A DNA stretch of 64,000 nucleotides from Eubacteriales bacterium (GCA_045649925.1 JAZRQS010000004.1:9138-73137), one strand, 5' to 3'. Shown: positions 34,545 to 45,468, counted from the stretch's first letter. A program made the numbers and translations. The notes: a model not told the origin generated them from the letters alone.

Positions 34545-36149
34545 ATGTCAAGCGCATACGTAGTGAATAACATAGCAGTTTCGCTTGACGATAGCGTTGA
34601 TGCCGCATATCAGATAGCAAAAAAACGCCTGAAAAAAATAAATCAGTTACCCTGCGACGCTACCTTTTCGGTATATCGCAGATCCATTGACGCGCGTAAA
34701 AGGGACGATATAAAGTTCGTTTATTCCGTTCTCGTACGTGGGGGATTTTCCGAAATTCCCGAAAGTCTGCAGAAAAGAGATAACATCTTTTCACTTTGTG
34801 ACACAGAGCCGTGTATTGAATGTGGTGACAGGCCACTTTCCGCGCGCCCCCTTGTTGTTGGCTCAGGGCCTGCCGGAATGTTCTGCGCGCTTTTGCTTGC
34901 AGAGAATGGGTATGCCCCTATTCTTATCGAGCGTGGTGGAGATGTGTCCGAGCGTGTTTGTAAAACCGATGAATTTTCTGCAAAAAGAAAATTAGACACC
35001 GAAACAAATATACAGTTTGGAGCAGGTGGCGCAGGTACTTTTTCAGACGGAAAGCTCGTCACTCGCATAAACGACAAAATGTCCTCATACGTTTTGCGCC
35101 GCTTGGTCGAGTTTGGCGCTCCTGAGGAAATTTTATGCCTTGCAAAGCCTCATATAGGCACAGATTATTTGAGAAACGTAGTTTCTGCCATTATGGATAG
35201 AATAGCTACTCTTGGCGGAGAGGTGCACTTTCATACTCGTCTTGATAGCATCAAGAGAAACAATGACGGCACAGTGGAGGCGATAACCAATAAAGGCGCG
35301 ATACACTGTCAGCTTGTCGTACTCGCTACAGGTCATAGCGCAAGAGATACCTATGCCTCTCTTATGGCATCTGGCTATACTATTGAGCCAAAGCCTTTTT
35401 CCGTCGGTGTCAGAGTAGAGCACCTGCAGGGCGATATTGATAGCGCATTGTATGGAAAATATGCCTCGCACCCCGCATTGCCGAGTGGAGAATACGCACT
35501 TTCAGCAGACACCGATACTCGTGGCGTATATACATTTTGTATGTGCCCTGGTGGTCAGGTGGTTGCCGCGGCGAGCGAGGAAAACACCGTCGTGGTAAAC
35601 GGAATGAGCCACCATGCGAGAGACGGCAGAAATGCAAATTCCGCCGTTGTCGTTTCTGTATTCAGGGAGGACTATGGAAATACACCCGCATCAGCAATAG
35701 AGTTCCAGCGCAGAATTGAGCAGAGCGCCTTTGTTGCAGGCGGAAAGAATTATAGCGCACCCATATGCACAGTGGGAGATTTTTTGAATGACAGGCTCTC
35801 AAGTGAGCCATCTCGTGTTATGCCTACCTATATGGACGGCAAGGGCGTCTCGCTTGCGCGTGTAGGGGATTTTATGCCCGAATTTGTATGTAAGTCGCTG
35901 AAAAGCGGACTTCTCGCATTCGACAGAAGAATAAAGGGCTTTGCATCTGATGATGCAATACTCACAGGCGCAGAAACGAGAACGAGTGCACCTGTGCGAA
36001 TTTTGAGAGATGAAAACAGATGTGCCATAGGCACAGATAATATATATCCCTGTGGCGAGGGAGCAGGATATGCAGGCGGAATAACCAGCGCCGCAATAGA
36101 TGGAATTCGTAGCGCCCTGCAGATAATAAAAACGTACAAGCCACAGTGA
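34545..36149 (+). CDS. uncharacterised FAD-dependent dehydrogenase (COG2509-like)
   Basis: 534 aa with dinucleotide-binding VVGSGPAGMFCAL, ERG, FGAGGAGTFSDGKL and C-terminal GEGAGYAGGI. Confidence 0.75.
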   Translation: MSSAYVVNNIAVSLDDSVDAAYQIAKKRLKKINQLPCDATFSVYRRSIDARKRDDIKFVYSVLVRGGFSEIPESLQKRDNIFSLCDTEPCIECGDRPLSARPLVVGSGPAGMFCALLLAENGYAPILIERGGDVSERVCKTDEFSAKRKLDTETNIQFGAGGAGTFSDGKLVTRINDKMSSYVLRRLVEFGAPEEILCLAKPHIGTDYLRNVVSAIMDRIATLGGEVHFHTRLDSIKRNNDGTVEAITNKGAIHCQLVVLATGHSARDTYASLMASGYTIEPKPFSVGVRVEHLQGDIDSALYGKYASHPALPSGEYALSADTDTRGVYTFCMCPGGQVVAAASEENTVVVNGMSHHARDGRNANSAVVVSVFREDYGNTPASAIEFQRRIEQSAFVAGGKNYSAPICTVGDFLNDRLSSEPSRVMPTYMDGKGVSLARVGDFMPEFVCKSLKSGLLAFDRRIKGFASDDAILTGAETRTSAPVRILRDENRCAIGTDNIYPCGEGAGYAGGITSAAIDGIRSALQIIKTYKPQ

Positions 36150-36223
36150 ATGGCTTTGTGCAAATTCCTTTGATTAATATTATGGGAGGCGATGAAGGAT
36201 ACCTTCATTGCGAAACAATATAA

Positions 36224-38413
36224 ATGCAGAATATAAAAAACGAAAAAGAGAAGAAGTGGCATATTAAGGGCGAAAACTCGCCAAAAGCCAAAGAGGCAGC
36301 TGAAAAAATATCTTCTGCCTTAAATTTAGGCTCTGTTATGGGCTATTTGCTCTACAACAGAGGTTATGAAACCCCTGAGGATGCAAAGGCATTCATCAAT
36401 ACGGAAAACGAGTTTTTCTACGATCCGTTCGAGCTTACCGATGTAGATCGTGCTATCGAGAGAATTCGCATAGCGATTGAAAACGGTGAGAAAATTACTG
36501 TGTACGGCGACTACGATGTAGACGGCGTGACCTCCGTTTGTACGATGTGTCTGTACCTGCGCTCGTGCGGAGCTGATGTGGATTACTACATTCCCAACAG
36601 AAGCGGTGAAGGCTACGGAGTGTCCTGCAATGCGATAGAGGCATTGCAGAAGTCAGGCACAAGGCTCATTGTCACAGTCGACACAGGCATTACCGCAAAC
36701 GAGGAGGTAGAGTTTGCAAGATCTATCGGCGTCGATGTCGTTATTACCGACCACCACGAGTGCCGTTCAGAATTGCCTAATGCCGTCGCGGTTGTAAATC
36801 CTCATAGACCCGACTGCGCCTATCCCTTTAAGGAGCTGGCAGGAGTCGGTGTTGTCTTTAAGGTAATTTCGGCATACGAGAAAATGAGAAGCGGAGACAG
36901 CCTGCTTGATTCCGTCAGAAGAATCTGCAAGCAGTATTCCGACCTTATCGCTATAGGAACTATTGCAGACGTAATGCCCATCCGTTATGAAAACAAGCTT
37001 ATCGTAAAGGGTGGTCTCAGACTTATAGAGGAGTCTCCTCGCATAGGACTTCAGGCGCTTATGAACGTCGTTTCTATGCAGTCGGAGGCGAAGTCTCGCT
37101 ATTCAAAGAAGCCGAGAACACCAAAGGTAACCTCAGGATATATCGGTTACACTATCGCCCCCCGTCTGAATGCGGCAGGGCGTATAAGAAGCGCTTCAAT
37201 TGCAGCAGAGCTGTTTCTGACAAATGACGAGGCATATGCAAACGAGATAGCGGAGGAGCTTTGCAATGCGAACAAGGAGCGCCAGAACGAAGAAAATCGT
37301 ATAATGAAGCAGGCGTACGAGAAGATCGAGCGTGAGCACGATTTTGAGCACGACAAGGTCATCGTTCTTGACGCAGACGAGTGGCATCATGGCGTAATTG
37401 GTATCGTGGCGTCACGAATCACCGAAAAATACGGCTACCCCTGTATTTTGCTCTCCTTTGAGGGTAGCGCTTCTGAGGCTCATTCTGACGAAGATGTTGC
37501 AAAGGGATCCGGACGAAGCATCAAGGGTATGAATCTCGTTGACGCGCTCGTTCATTGTAGCGACTGTCTTGTCAAGTACGGCGGTCACGAGCTGGCGGCA
37601 GGCTTGAGCGTCAAGAGAGGCGAGCTTGAAAACTTCAAGCGCAAGATAAACGAGTATGCAAACTCCACCTTGAACGAGGAGTCTACAATTCCCACGCTTG
37701 AGGCAGACTGTGAAATCAGCTTCAGCGATATAAATTTGAAAACGGCAAAGGAGATACAGTATCTCGAGCCCTTTGGCGTAGGAAACCCCCTGCCCACTTT
37801 TGTGCTTCGCTCCGCATCTATTTTGGAGTGCACGCCTGTCAGTGGCGGAAAGCACACGAGATTTGTCTTTGAAAGCACACAGGCGAGGGAAAAGCCTTGC
37901 TCTGCGATTTATTTCTCCTGCCCTACAGCACAGCTCGATTTGTTTGTAGGAGACAAGGTCGATATTATGTTCAACCTTGATGTAAACGAATGGGCAGATA
38001 AGCAGACTGTGCAGATGATAATCAAGGATATCAAGCTCTCTGCAGATGCGCAGAAGGAGAAGAAGGACGAGCGCGAGCTTTTCGAAAAAATATGGAGTGG
38101 CGCAGACTTTTCTTCGGATATGGATATTATTCCTACGCGCAGAGATTTTGCAGCAGTTTATACTCTTGTGGAATACTCTGTTAGAAACGGATGCGATTGT
38201 CTTAGTCACAACGCGATCCTTTCCAAGCTTTCACCGAGCAATATAGGATACATAAAGCTAAAAATAATAATTCGTGTTTTGCAGGAAATGAATTTGTTGG
38301 GAATTGAGGAAATTGAAGACGAGGTATATCGCTTCAAAATCCAATACACCACCAAAAAGACGGACCTTGAGAAGTCAAACCTTCTCAGACGTCTGCGCAT
38401 ACAGCAAAAATAA
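36224..38413 (+). CDS. recJ: single-stranded-DNA-specific exonuclease RecJ
   Basis: 729 aa with DHH motifs (YGDYDVDG, TVDTG, ITDHH) and DHHA1 (GGHELAAG). Confidence 0.9.
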   Translation: MQNIKNEKEKKWHIKGENSPKAKEAAEKISSALNLGSVMGYLLYNRGYETPEDAKAFINTENEFFYDPFELTDVDRAIERIRIAIENGEKITVYGDYDVDGVTSVCTMCLYLRSCGADVDYYIPNRSGEGYGVSCNAIEALQKSGTRLIVTVDTGITANEEVEFARSIGVDVVITDHHECRSELPNAVAVVNPHRPDCAYPFKELAGVGVVFKVISAYEKMRSGDSLLDSVRRICKQYSDLIAIGTIADVMPIRYENKLIVKGGLRLIEESPRIGLQALMNVVSMQSEAKSRYSKKPRTPKVTSGYIGYTIAPRLNAAGRIRSASIAAELFLTNDEAYANEIAEELCNANKERQNEENRIMKQAYEKIEREHDFEHDKVIVLDADEWHHGVIGIVASRITEKYGYPCILLSFEGSASEAHSDEDVAKGSGRSIKGMNLVDALVHCSDCLVKYGGHELAAGLSVKRGELENFKRKINEYANSTLNEESTIPTLEADCEISFSDINLKTAKEIQYLEPFGVGNPLPTFVLRSASILECTPVSGGKHTRFVFESTQAREKPCSAIYFSCPTAQLDLFVGDKVDIMFNLDVNEWADKQTVQMIIKDIKLSADAQKEKKDERELFEKIWSGADFSSDMDIIPTRRDFAAVYTLVEYSVRNGCDCLSHNAILSKLSPSNIGYIKLKIIIRVLQEMNLLGIEEIEDEVYRFKIQYTTKKTDLEKSNLLRRLRIQQK

Positions 38414-38425
38414 TACGAGGAACAT

Positions 38426-40627
38426 ATGACTGGAATTGAAAATTTGATTCGGACACTCGAGGAGACCGAAAAGAATTACGATATTGAAAAAATACAGAGC
38501 GCATATGAATATGCCGCAAAATTGCACGAGGGTCAGTTCAGACAGAGCGGAGAGGCGTATATTTCTCATCCCATAGCGGTGGCTGAAATAGTAGCTTCCC
38601 TCGGTCTTGACACCGATTCTATATGTGCGGCGCTTTTGCACGACGCGGTAGAGGACTGCTCTGACAAGACAGATCTTGCGGAAATAAGAAAGAGATTTGG
38701 CGAGGATGTTGCGATACTTGTCGACGGACTTACCAAAATCGTCTATATGCACCTTGACGACAAGGAGGAGGCGCATATAGAAAACATTCGTAGAATGCTT
38801 CTTGCGATGTCCAAGGATATACGCGTTATCTTTATCAAGCTTTGCGACAGATTGCACAATATGCGCACTCTTTCTGCAAAAAGCGATAGCCGTCGTCGCT
38901 CCATCGCGCTTGAAACGATGTATATTTACGCTCCGCTTGCGCATCGACTCGGTATCCAGCGCATTAAGCACGAGCTTGAAAATATAAGCCTTGAATACCT
39001 CGACCCTATAGGCTTTGAGGAGGTCACCCGTTGTGTCGAAAACAAGTTTGGACAGACGGCGGACTTTATCGAAACTGCTAAAAAAATGATTTCCGAAAAG
39101 CTTGCCGAAAACAACATAAAATTCAAGCTTGAGGGAAGAGTAAAGAGTGTATATAGCCTCTATCGCAAGATGTATAATCAAAACAAGAATTTTGACGATA
39201 TATACGACTTCTATGCGGTAAGAGTTATAGTCGGTACAGAGCTTGAATGCTATACTGTTCTCGGTATAATTCACGAGCTCTTTAAATCGGTCACAGGAAG
39301 ATTTAAGGACTATATTTCCACTCCAAAATCTAATATGTATCAGTCCCTGCATACTACGGTAATAGGTAGACAGGGCGTTCCCTTTGAGGTGCAGATAAGG
39401 ACCTTTGATATGCACCAGGTAGCCGAATATGGTATCGCGGCGCACTGGAAATACAAGTCGGGTGAGAGGTCCTCATCTGATATGGATGAAAAGCTCAGGT
39501 GGGTGTCTCAGCTTGTCGAAACCGACGAGAATATGCGTGACCCCGACGAGTTTATGCATTCCTTCAAGACGGATATTTTCCGTGACGAGACCTTTGTATT
39601 TACCCCCAAGGGTGACGTTATTTCGTTGCCTCAGGGCTCTACAGTAATAGACTTTGCTTACTCTATACACACTCAGGTGGGTAACAAAATGGTAGGTGCA
39701 AGGATAAACGGAGCGATAGTCCCGATTACCCGTGTTCCTCAAAACGGAGAAATAGTAGAGATAATCACCTCAAACTCGTCTCGTGGGCCGAGCCGAGACT
39801 GGATGAATATCGTAAAGACCTCCGAGGCGAGAAATAAGATAAGACAGTGGTACAAGAAGGAGCGTCGCGCAGAAAACATTGTCGTCGGTCGCGAGGAGAT
39901 AGAACGAGAGGTCAAGCGCATCGGTAAGAGCTACACCGAGGAAGAGTTTGATCGTATCGTCAACAACGTGGCACTCAGACTTGGTATCAGCGGAGCGGAG
40001 GATCTTTACAACACGATAGGCTACGGCGGACTTGCCGTTTCACGTCTTGTAAACAGGCTTAAGGACGAGTTTGCAAGAATTGTCAAGGACGACTCTCCCG
40101 AAGAGCCTGTAATGCCCAAGATAGTCGAGCGCACAAAGAATCTGAAGAATAATAGTGGTATTATTGTTGACGGCGATGTCGACTGTCAGGTCAAGTTTGC
40201 AAGATGCTGCAACCCCCTTCCCGGAGACGAAATTATCGGCTTTATTACAAAGGGACATGGTATTTCCATACACAAGACTGACTGTCCTAACGTAATTTCA
40301 GGCAAGGATAGTTCCGACCAGTCAGAGAGATGGATAAGCGCTCGCTGGGAGAACGAGTTTGTCGCCAAGACAGGAAACGACGTCTACGAGGCACACATTC
40401 AGATTTATGCAGAAAACAGAATAGCCCTGCTCGCAGACATTTCCGTCTGCTTGGCAGATATGAAGGTGTCTATTATAAACGTGTCTACACAGACACGCCC
40501 GTCTGACAATAGCGCAGTATTATCGCTTACCATCGGATGTAAAAACGTAAGCCACTTCAAGTCGATAGTTTCTCGCTTGAAGTCGATACGAGGCATAACC
40601 GACATCACACGAGGCTTTAGCAATTGA
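38426..40627 (+). CDS. relA: bifunctional (p)ppGpp synthetase/hydrolase (RelA/SpoT homolog)
   Basis: 733 aa. It has the HD hydrolase (HPIAVAEI, LLHDAVED), the synthetase (YRSLHTTV-like: YQSLHTTVIG), then TGS and a C-terminal ACT. Confidence 0.93.
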   Translation: MTGIENLIRTLEETEKNYDIEKIQSAYEYAAKLHEGQFRQSGEAYISHPIAVAEIVASLGLDTDSICAALLHDAVEDCSDKTDLAEIRKRFGEDVAILVDGLTKIVYMHLDDKEEAHIENIRRMLLAMSKDIRVIFIKLCDRLHNMRTLSAKSDSRRRSIALETMYIYAPLAHRLGIQRIKHELENISLEYLDPIGFEEVTRCVENKFGQTADFIETAKKMISEKLAENNIKFKLEGRVKSVYSLYRKMYNQNKNFDDIYDFYAVRVIVGTELECYTVLGIIHELFKSVTGRFKDYISTPKSNMYQSLHTTVIGRQGVPFEVQIRTFDMHQVAEYGIAAHWKYKSGERSSSDMDEKLRWVSQLVETDENMRDPDEFMHSFKTDIFRDETFVFTPKGDVISLPQGSTVIDFAYSIHTQVGNKMVGARINGAIVPITRVPQNGEIVEIITSNSSRGPSRDWMNIVKTSEARNKIRQWYKKERRAENIVVGREEIEREVKRIGKSYTEEEFDRIVNNVALRLGISGAEDLYNTIGYGGLAVSRLVNRLKDEFARIVKDDSPEEPVMPKIVERTKNLKNNSGIIVDGDVDCQVKFARCCNPLPGDEIIGFITKGHGISIHKTDCPNVISGKDSSDQSERWISARWENEFVAKTGNDVYEAHIQIYAENRIALLADISVCLADMKVSIINVSTQTRPSDNSAVLSLTIGCKNVSHFKSIVSRLKSIRGITDITRGFSN

Positions 40628-40687
40628 TATAACGGGGTTGTCCTGCAAGGGACACCCCCTCTTATTCACACGAGAAAGGTTTGTTAT

Positions 40688-41149
40688 ATGACAGCAGTAT
40701 TACAGAGAATAAACAGTGCCGAGGTTTATGCTGACGGTGAATTCAGCGGAAGAGCAGAAAAAGGGCTTTTCATACTTCTCGGCGTTGCGCAGGACGATGA
40801 GGAAAACGACGCCTATCTTCTTGCCGAAAAAATCAGCAAGCTTCGTATATTCAGTGACGAAAACGATAAGATGAATTTGTCTGTGAAGGATATCGACGGA
40901 GAGGTGCTTATTGTGTCAAACTTTACATTAAACGCTAATTATTCGCACGGAAATCGTCCCGAATATTTCAATTCGGCAAAGCCTGACAGGGCGAATTATC
41001 TGTATGAGCATTTCGTCTCTCTTATGAGAGAACGTGTAAAGCACGTCGGCACAGGTGTCTTCGGTGCATCAATGAAAATAAATGCTGATTTGTGTGGCCC
41101 TGTCACCATTGTGATGGAGTCGGACAAGCTCAAGAAGGGAAATCACTGA
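40688..41149 (+). CDS. dtd: D-aminoacyl-tRNA deacylase
   Basis: 153 aa with VLQRI, SNFTL and GPVTI motifs. Confidence 0.92.
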   Translation: MTAVLQRINSAEVYADGEFSGRAEKGLFILLGVAQDDEENDAYLLAEKISKLRIFSDENDKMNLSVKDIDGEVLIVSNFTLNANYSHGNRPEYFNSAKPDRANYLYEHFVSLMRERVKHVGTGVFGASMKINADLCGPVTIVMESDKLKKGNH

Positions 41150-42666
41150 TGATTTTAAAAATAAACGGAGATATTGACAGATATTACGTGCAAACGCTCT
41201 GTCTGCTCTTTTTCCCTGGCGCAAAGTTTTCGCAGGACGAAGTGCCTGCTCCTGACGTGCCCGAGCTTGTGCTTGACCTTCGTTGCGAGGAGGAGAGCGC
41301 ATTTGCACAGGCAAAAATCAAGCTTGGCGACAAGGTGGCTACAGGCGAGGGCGAGGCGCATATGTCTACTACATCGGCAAAAACGGCGATAAGACTTAAA
41401 AAGGTCGCAGTCGGTCGTGCAGTTTTCGCCGCAGGAAAGAAGCTTTTTTCCTTTGATATTCCTTGGGGAATACTCACAGGAGTAAGACCTTCAAAGGTCG
41501 CTTCAAGCTTTATATTCAGCGATTTTGGCTTGAGAAATACAAAGCAGATACTCCGAGATGAGTATTTTGTAAATCCCAAGAAGGCGGCTCTCGCAGTATC
41601 CGTCGCATCTACTGAAATAAAGCTTACAAAAAAACTGCCTGACAACTTGTGTAGTGTATACATATCAATTCCTTTCTGTCCTACGAGATGTGCATATTGC
41701 TCGTTTGTTTCATACACGACAGACAAGCTGCTTTCACTTGTAGACGATTATCTTGATATGCTACATCTTGATATAGACAATATTTTTGGCATTATAAGAG
41801 ACATCGGTCTTACTGTGGCGACAGTATATATCGGAGGCGGTACGCCTACTGTTTTGTCACCTCGTCAGCTTTCAGCGCTTTTGGATAAAATAAACCAGAA
41901 TGTCGACACCTCCTCCTTAATGGAGTTTACAGTCGAAGCGGGAAGACCTGACACGATTACCGAGGAAAAGCTGAGGATAATCGCAGAGAACGGTGTCACA
42001 CGAATAAGTGTAAATCCTCAGACCTTGAACGATGAATTACTTTCCTCTGTCGGTCGTCGTCATACAGTAAAGCAATTTTACGACGCCTACGAGATAGCTC
42101 GCAAGGTAGGGATCGATAGTGTCAACATCGACTTGATAGCTGGTCTGCCTGGAGATACCTTTGGAAATTTCTCGAATTCTATAGACAGGGTAATCTCGTT
42201 AGCTCCTGAAAACATAACAGTTCACGCCTTCAGCGTTAAGAAGGCGGCAGAGTTTCGCCGCAAGGAAAGCATATATGAGCAGTCGCTTTTTGACGATACT
42301 GCGGCAAAGAGCGTAGAGTATTCTCAGCTCAAGACAAAGTTTGCAGGATACAAGCCGTATTATATGTACAGGCAGAAAAACACGGTAGGAAACCTTGAAA
42401 ATGTGGGATATTCTCTCGAGGGCAAAGAGGGAATGTATAACATTTTTATGATGGAGGAATTGCACTCCATATTTGCAGTAGGGGCAGGCGCAGTTACAAA
42501 GCTTGTCAATTATAAAAAACCGTCAATAGGCTCAAGTGAAATAAAAAGAATATTTACCCCCAAATATCCATATGAATATTTAAGGGATGCCGAAAGGATA
42601 CGCGAGGGAGATGAAAACACTCCTTCACTTTTCGATAAGGTACGAGAGTTTTATTTGAGAGGATAA
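41149..42666 (+). CDS. hemZ: HemZ-like oxygen-independent coproporphyrinogen dehydrogenase family radical-SAM protein
   Basis: The ATG at 41149 overlaps the dtd stop (TGATG). It has the radical-SAM motif CPTRCAYCSF and a HemN-family core (YIGGGTPT). Confidence 0.7.
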   Translation: MILKINGDIDRYYVQTLCLLFFPGAKFSQDEVPAPDVPELVLDLRCEEESAFAQAKIKLGDKVATGEGEAHMSTTSAKTAIRLKKVAVGRAVFAAGKKLFSFDIPWGILTGVRPSKVASSFIFSDFGLRNTKQILRDEYFVNPKKAALAVSVASTEIKLTKKLPDNLCSVYISIPFCPTRCAYCSFVSYTTDKLLSLVDDYLDMLHLDIDNIFGIIRDIGLTVATVYIGGGTPTVLSPRQLSALLDKINQNVDTSSLMEFTVEAGRPDTITEEKLRIIAENGVTRISVNPQTLNDELLSSVGRRHTVKQFYDAYEIARKVGIDSVNIDLIAGLPGDTFGNFSNSIDRVISLAPENITVHAFSVKKAAEFRRKESIYEQSLFDDTAAKSVEYSQLKTKFAGYKPYYMYRQKNTVGNLENVGYSLEGKEGMYNIFMMEELHSIFAVGAGAVTKLVNYKKPSIGSSEIKRIFTPKYPYEYLRDAERIREGDENTPSLFDKVREFYLRG

Positions 42667-42670
42667 TTTT

Positions 42671-43576
42671 ATGATAAAATCGCGCACGTCATTTTCGGGA
42701 GAAAACGACAAAAGAGAATATGTGTTGAGCTGTGAGGCAGTATTTGAGAAAAGCCTTGACGATGCCACATCATCAATTGTTTCAGACCCTGACAATCGTA
42801 TAATCACGTTGTCAGGCCCTTCGTGCGCAGGCAAAACCACTACGGCGAAGAAGATTGTATCCGATTTCAAAGAAAGAGGATACAACGTGCATACAGTGTC
42901 GATAGATGATTTTTACTACGACAGAGATTTTTTGATAGCAAGGTCAAAGGACGAAAAAAGCATCGACTTTGATTCTGCTGACACTATCGACCTTGAGCTC
43001 TTGCGCAGAACGATAAATCAGATTCTCCGCGGAGAATCCGTGCTGGTGCCGAGCTTTGACTTCAAGGTGGGTAAAAAGACGACTATGCGTGAGATAAGAC
43101 CGCACGACAACGACATATTTATGTTTGAGGGAATACAGGCGGTATATCCTGAGGTGACGGCGCTTTTTGGCGACAATAAATTTTTGAGTGTTTTCATATC
43201 CGTCTTTACCGAGCTTGAGGTAAATGAAAATGTGTATTCGACACAGCATATACGCTTTTTACGAAGACTTGTCAGGGATTACAATTTCAGGAATGCGACA
43301 CCTGAGTTTACCTGCACTCTCTGGGAAAGCGTGAGAAGAAACGAGGACAAAAATATTCTTCCGTATGCAGACAAGTGCAAAATAATACTTGACTCTGTTA
43401 TGCCGTATGAGTTATGTATGCTAAAGCCGTTTTTGCTCCCTATACTCAGGACTATAACGCCAAAGTCGGAGCATTATGAATTTGCCAAAAGCGAAATAAA
43501 GAAGCTTTCCCGCATCGATGAAATATCGAAAAACTATATTCCGCCAAATTCCGTGTACCACGAGTTTTTAGGTTGA
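42671..43576 (+). CDS. P-loop kinase of the uridine kinase / phosphoribulokinase family
   Basis: 301 aa with Walker A GPSCAGKTTTAKK, a DDFYYD motif and FEGIQ. It starts 4 nt after hemZ. Confidence 0.6.
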   Translation: MIKSRTSFSGENDKREYVLSCEAVFEKSLDDATSSIVSDPDNRIITLSGPSCAGKTTTAKKIVSDFKERGYNVHTVSIDDFYYDRDFLIARSKDEKSIDFDSADTIDLELLRRTINQILRGESVLVPSFDFKVGKKTTMREIRPHDNDIFMFEGIQAVYPEVTALFGDNKFLSVFISVFTELEVNENVYSTQHIRFLRRLVRDYNFRNATPEFTCTLWESVRRNEDKNILPYADKCKIILDSVMPYELCMLKPFLLPILRTITPKSEHYEFAKSEIKKLSRIDEISKNYIPPNSVYHEFLG

Positions 43577-43600
43577 TACGGATTTCAAAGAGGTGGCTTA

Positions 43601-45247
43601 ATGATTTCCATAGATAAAGACAAAAATAAAACCGCACAGACTCAAAAGGGGCTCTTGCTTTCTGGTGTCATTATTTTGACTGTGGCGAGTATTTTAGGTA
43701 AGATATTCGGGTTTATTTATAAAGTGCCTCTCAACGCCATTCTTGGTGACGAGATGGCAAATGTAAACTCGGCTTATGCTATTTACACTACACTATATAT
43801 GATTTCTACTGCAGGCATACCTGTCGCAATTTCTGTCTTGATTTCTGAAAGTCGTGCGCAGGGAAGGGCGAAGCAAACTGTGGCTATATATAGAGTAGCC
43901 CTGCTTGCTTTGGCTATCGTAGGATTTGTCAGTACAATTATAATGATATTTGTGTCAGGCCCTATTTCTATCAGGAATTCAGGAGGCGACACATTCTTGT
44001 GTATGCTCGCTATTTCTCCTGCCTTGTTTTTTGTGGCTATTTCAAGCGCTTATAGGGGGTATTTTCAAGGTCATGGCTTGATGAAGCCGACGGCAATATC
44101 TCAGCTTATAGAGTCGTTTGGAAAAATGGTGGTGGGGCTTTTGCTCGCATATTTGTGTGTGGGCAGGCTCGGACTTGAGAAAAGCGTCGCGGCGGCATTG
44201 TCTATTTTTGGAGTAACGGTGGGAATAGGCGCAGGGGCGATATATCTTATGATCACCAAACGCCGTTACGCCAATAAAGGAATGCTTTCTCTTGACGAGA
44301 GTGCTTTGCAGGATAGCTCCTGTGATGGCTCGAAAAAAATATTAAAGAGCCTTGTCGCTATCGCCTTTCCTATTGCGGTGTCGTCTGCCGTCATGAGCCT
44401 TTCCTCGCTTGTGGATTCCCAGATGATGCGGCCCTTGCTTGAAGGATATTATTCAAGCCCTGAAATTGCAAAGGCTATTTATTCGGACTATTCTACGGGC
44501 GCGCTTACTATGTTCAATATGCCACTTGTGCTTATTACGCCTATAGCCTGCGCAATAGTGCCGTTTATAACATCTGCTATAGCATCGGACAGAATGAACG
44601 ACGCAAGCAGAATAATGGATTCCTCATTGAGAATGACTGCTATTGTAGCCTTCCCGTGCGCTTTGGGAATGTCTGCTCTTGCCAGCCCTATCCTCTCTCT
44701 TGTGTTCAGGGGAGATGCCGATATGGCAGAGAATGCAGGTAGATTGCTTTCGGTCCTCGCACTTTCCATAATACTTGTCGGAATGCTCTCTGTTACTAAT
44801 GCAGTGCTTCAGTCGCATCATTTGCAGAGCCTGCCTATATTCTCTATGGCGGCAGGACTTTTGGTAAAAACGATTTGCTCATATTATTTAATAGGAAGAT
44901 ATGGAGAAATAGGTGCGCCTGTAAGCACTCTGCTTTTCTATTTCACAGTAGTGATTTTCAATTTTGTTTTCCTTATTAAATATGTAAAGCTGAAGCCAAA
45001 TCTTGTAAAGATATTTGTCCGCCCGCTCTTTTGCTCGGCGATATGTGCGCTTTCTGCTTATCTGATATATTACTTTACAGTCGGGGCGTCAGGCTTGACA
45101 GTATCCGTTTTGCTCTCAATTTCGGTGGCAGCGCTCGTGTATTTTGTATTCACATTTGCGCTTAAATGTATCACGAAAGAGGATATTGAATTAGTGCCAA
45201 AGGCAGAAAAAATCCTTCCCATTATTGAAAAGCTGCATTTAATTTAA
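43601..45247 (+). CDS. MOP-superfamily flippase (SpoVB / YabM / MurJ-like)
   Basis: 548 aa with about 14 TM segments. The N-terminus KGLLLSGVIILTVASILGKIFGFIYKVPL is typical of SpoVB/polysaccharide biosynthesis proteins. Confidence 0.8.
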   Translation: MISIDKDKNKTAQTQKGLLLSGVIILTVASILGKIFGFIYKVPLNAILGDEMANVNSAYAIYTTLYMISTAGIPVAISVLISESRAQGRAKQTVAIYRVALLALAIVGFVSTIIMIFVSGPISIRNSGGDTFLCMLAISPALFFVAISSAYRGYFQGHGLMKPTAISQLIESFGKMVVGLLLAYLCVGRLGLEKSVAAALSIFGVTVGIGAGAIYLMITKRRYANKGMLSLDESALQDSSCDGSKKILKSLVAIAFPIAVSSAVMSLSSLVDSQMMRPLLEGYYSSPEIAKAIYSDYSTGALTMFNMPLVLITPIACAIVPFITSAIASDRMNDASRIMDSSLRMTAIVAFPCALGMSALASPILSLVFRGDADMAENAGRLLSVLALSIILVGMLSVTNAVLQSHHLQSLPIFSMAAGLLVKTICSYYLIGRYGEIGAPVSTLLFYFTVVIFNFVFLIKYVKLKPNLVKIFVRPLFCSAICALSAYLIYYFTVGASGLTVSVLLSISVAALVYFVFTFALKCITKEDIELVPKAEKILPIIEKLHLI

Positions 45248-45396
45248 TGGCCCTTTGTGGAGGGGGAATTTCTTTAATTTTTCGTTTTTTAATCTTTTGT
45301 GGTGCATGTTGCAACCCTTGAGGTTAATTTTATGTGAAAAAATCGTTAAAATGCCTAAAAAATCCCAAAAAACATGAATATATTTTGAAAAACCTA

Positions 45397-45425
45397 TTGA
45401 AAAACACAAAATGTAGTGCTATAAT
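45397..45425 (+). promoter_or_regulatory. strong sigma-A-type promoter of hup
   Basis: TTGAAA (45397-402), a 17-nt spacer ending in TGc (extended -10), then TATAAT (45420-25). Confidence 0.6.
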
Positions 45426-45468
45426 AAACACATAAGACCAATAAAAAAAGAAAGGCATGGAACCCAAA

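Noticed and set aside
37412-38209. 265-aa minus-strand ORF inside recJ.
   Set aside because: Antisense shadow ORF of recJ. It has no motifs and a Cys/Arg/Leu-rich junk-like sequence.
38375-39445. 356-aa ORF on the minus strand, the longest unexplained ORF in the track.
   Set aside because: It lies entirely antisense to the well-supported relA/spoT gene and the recJ 3' end. It has low-complexity, stop-free antisense-frame composition (rich in I/L/F/K/Y/R) with no recognisable motif or SD. This is the typical shadow ORF of a strongly codon-biased gene.
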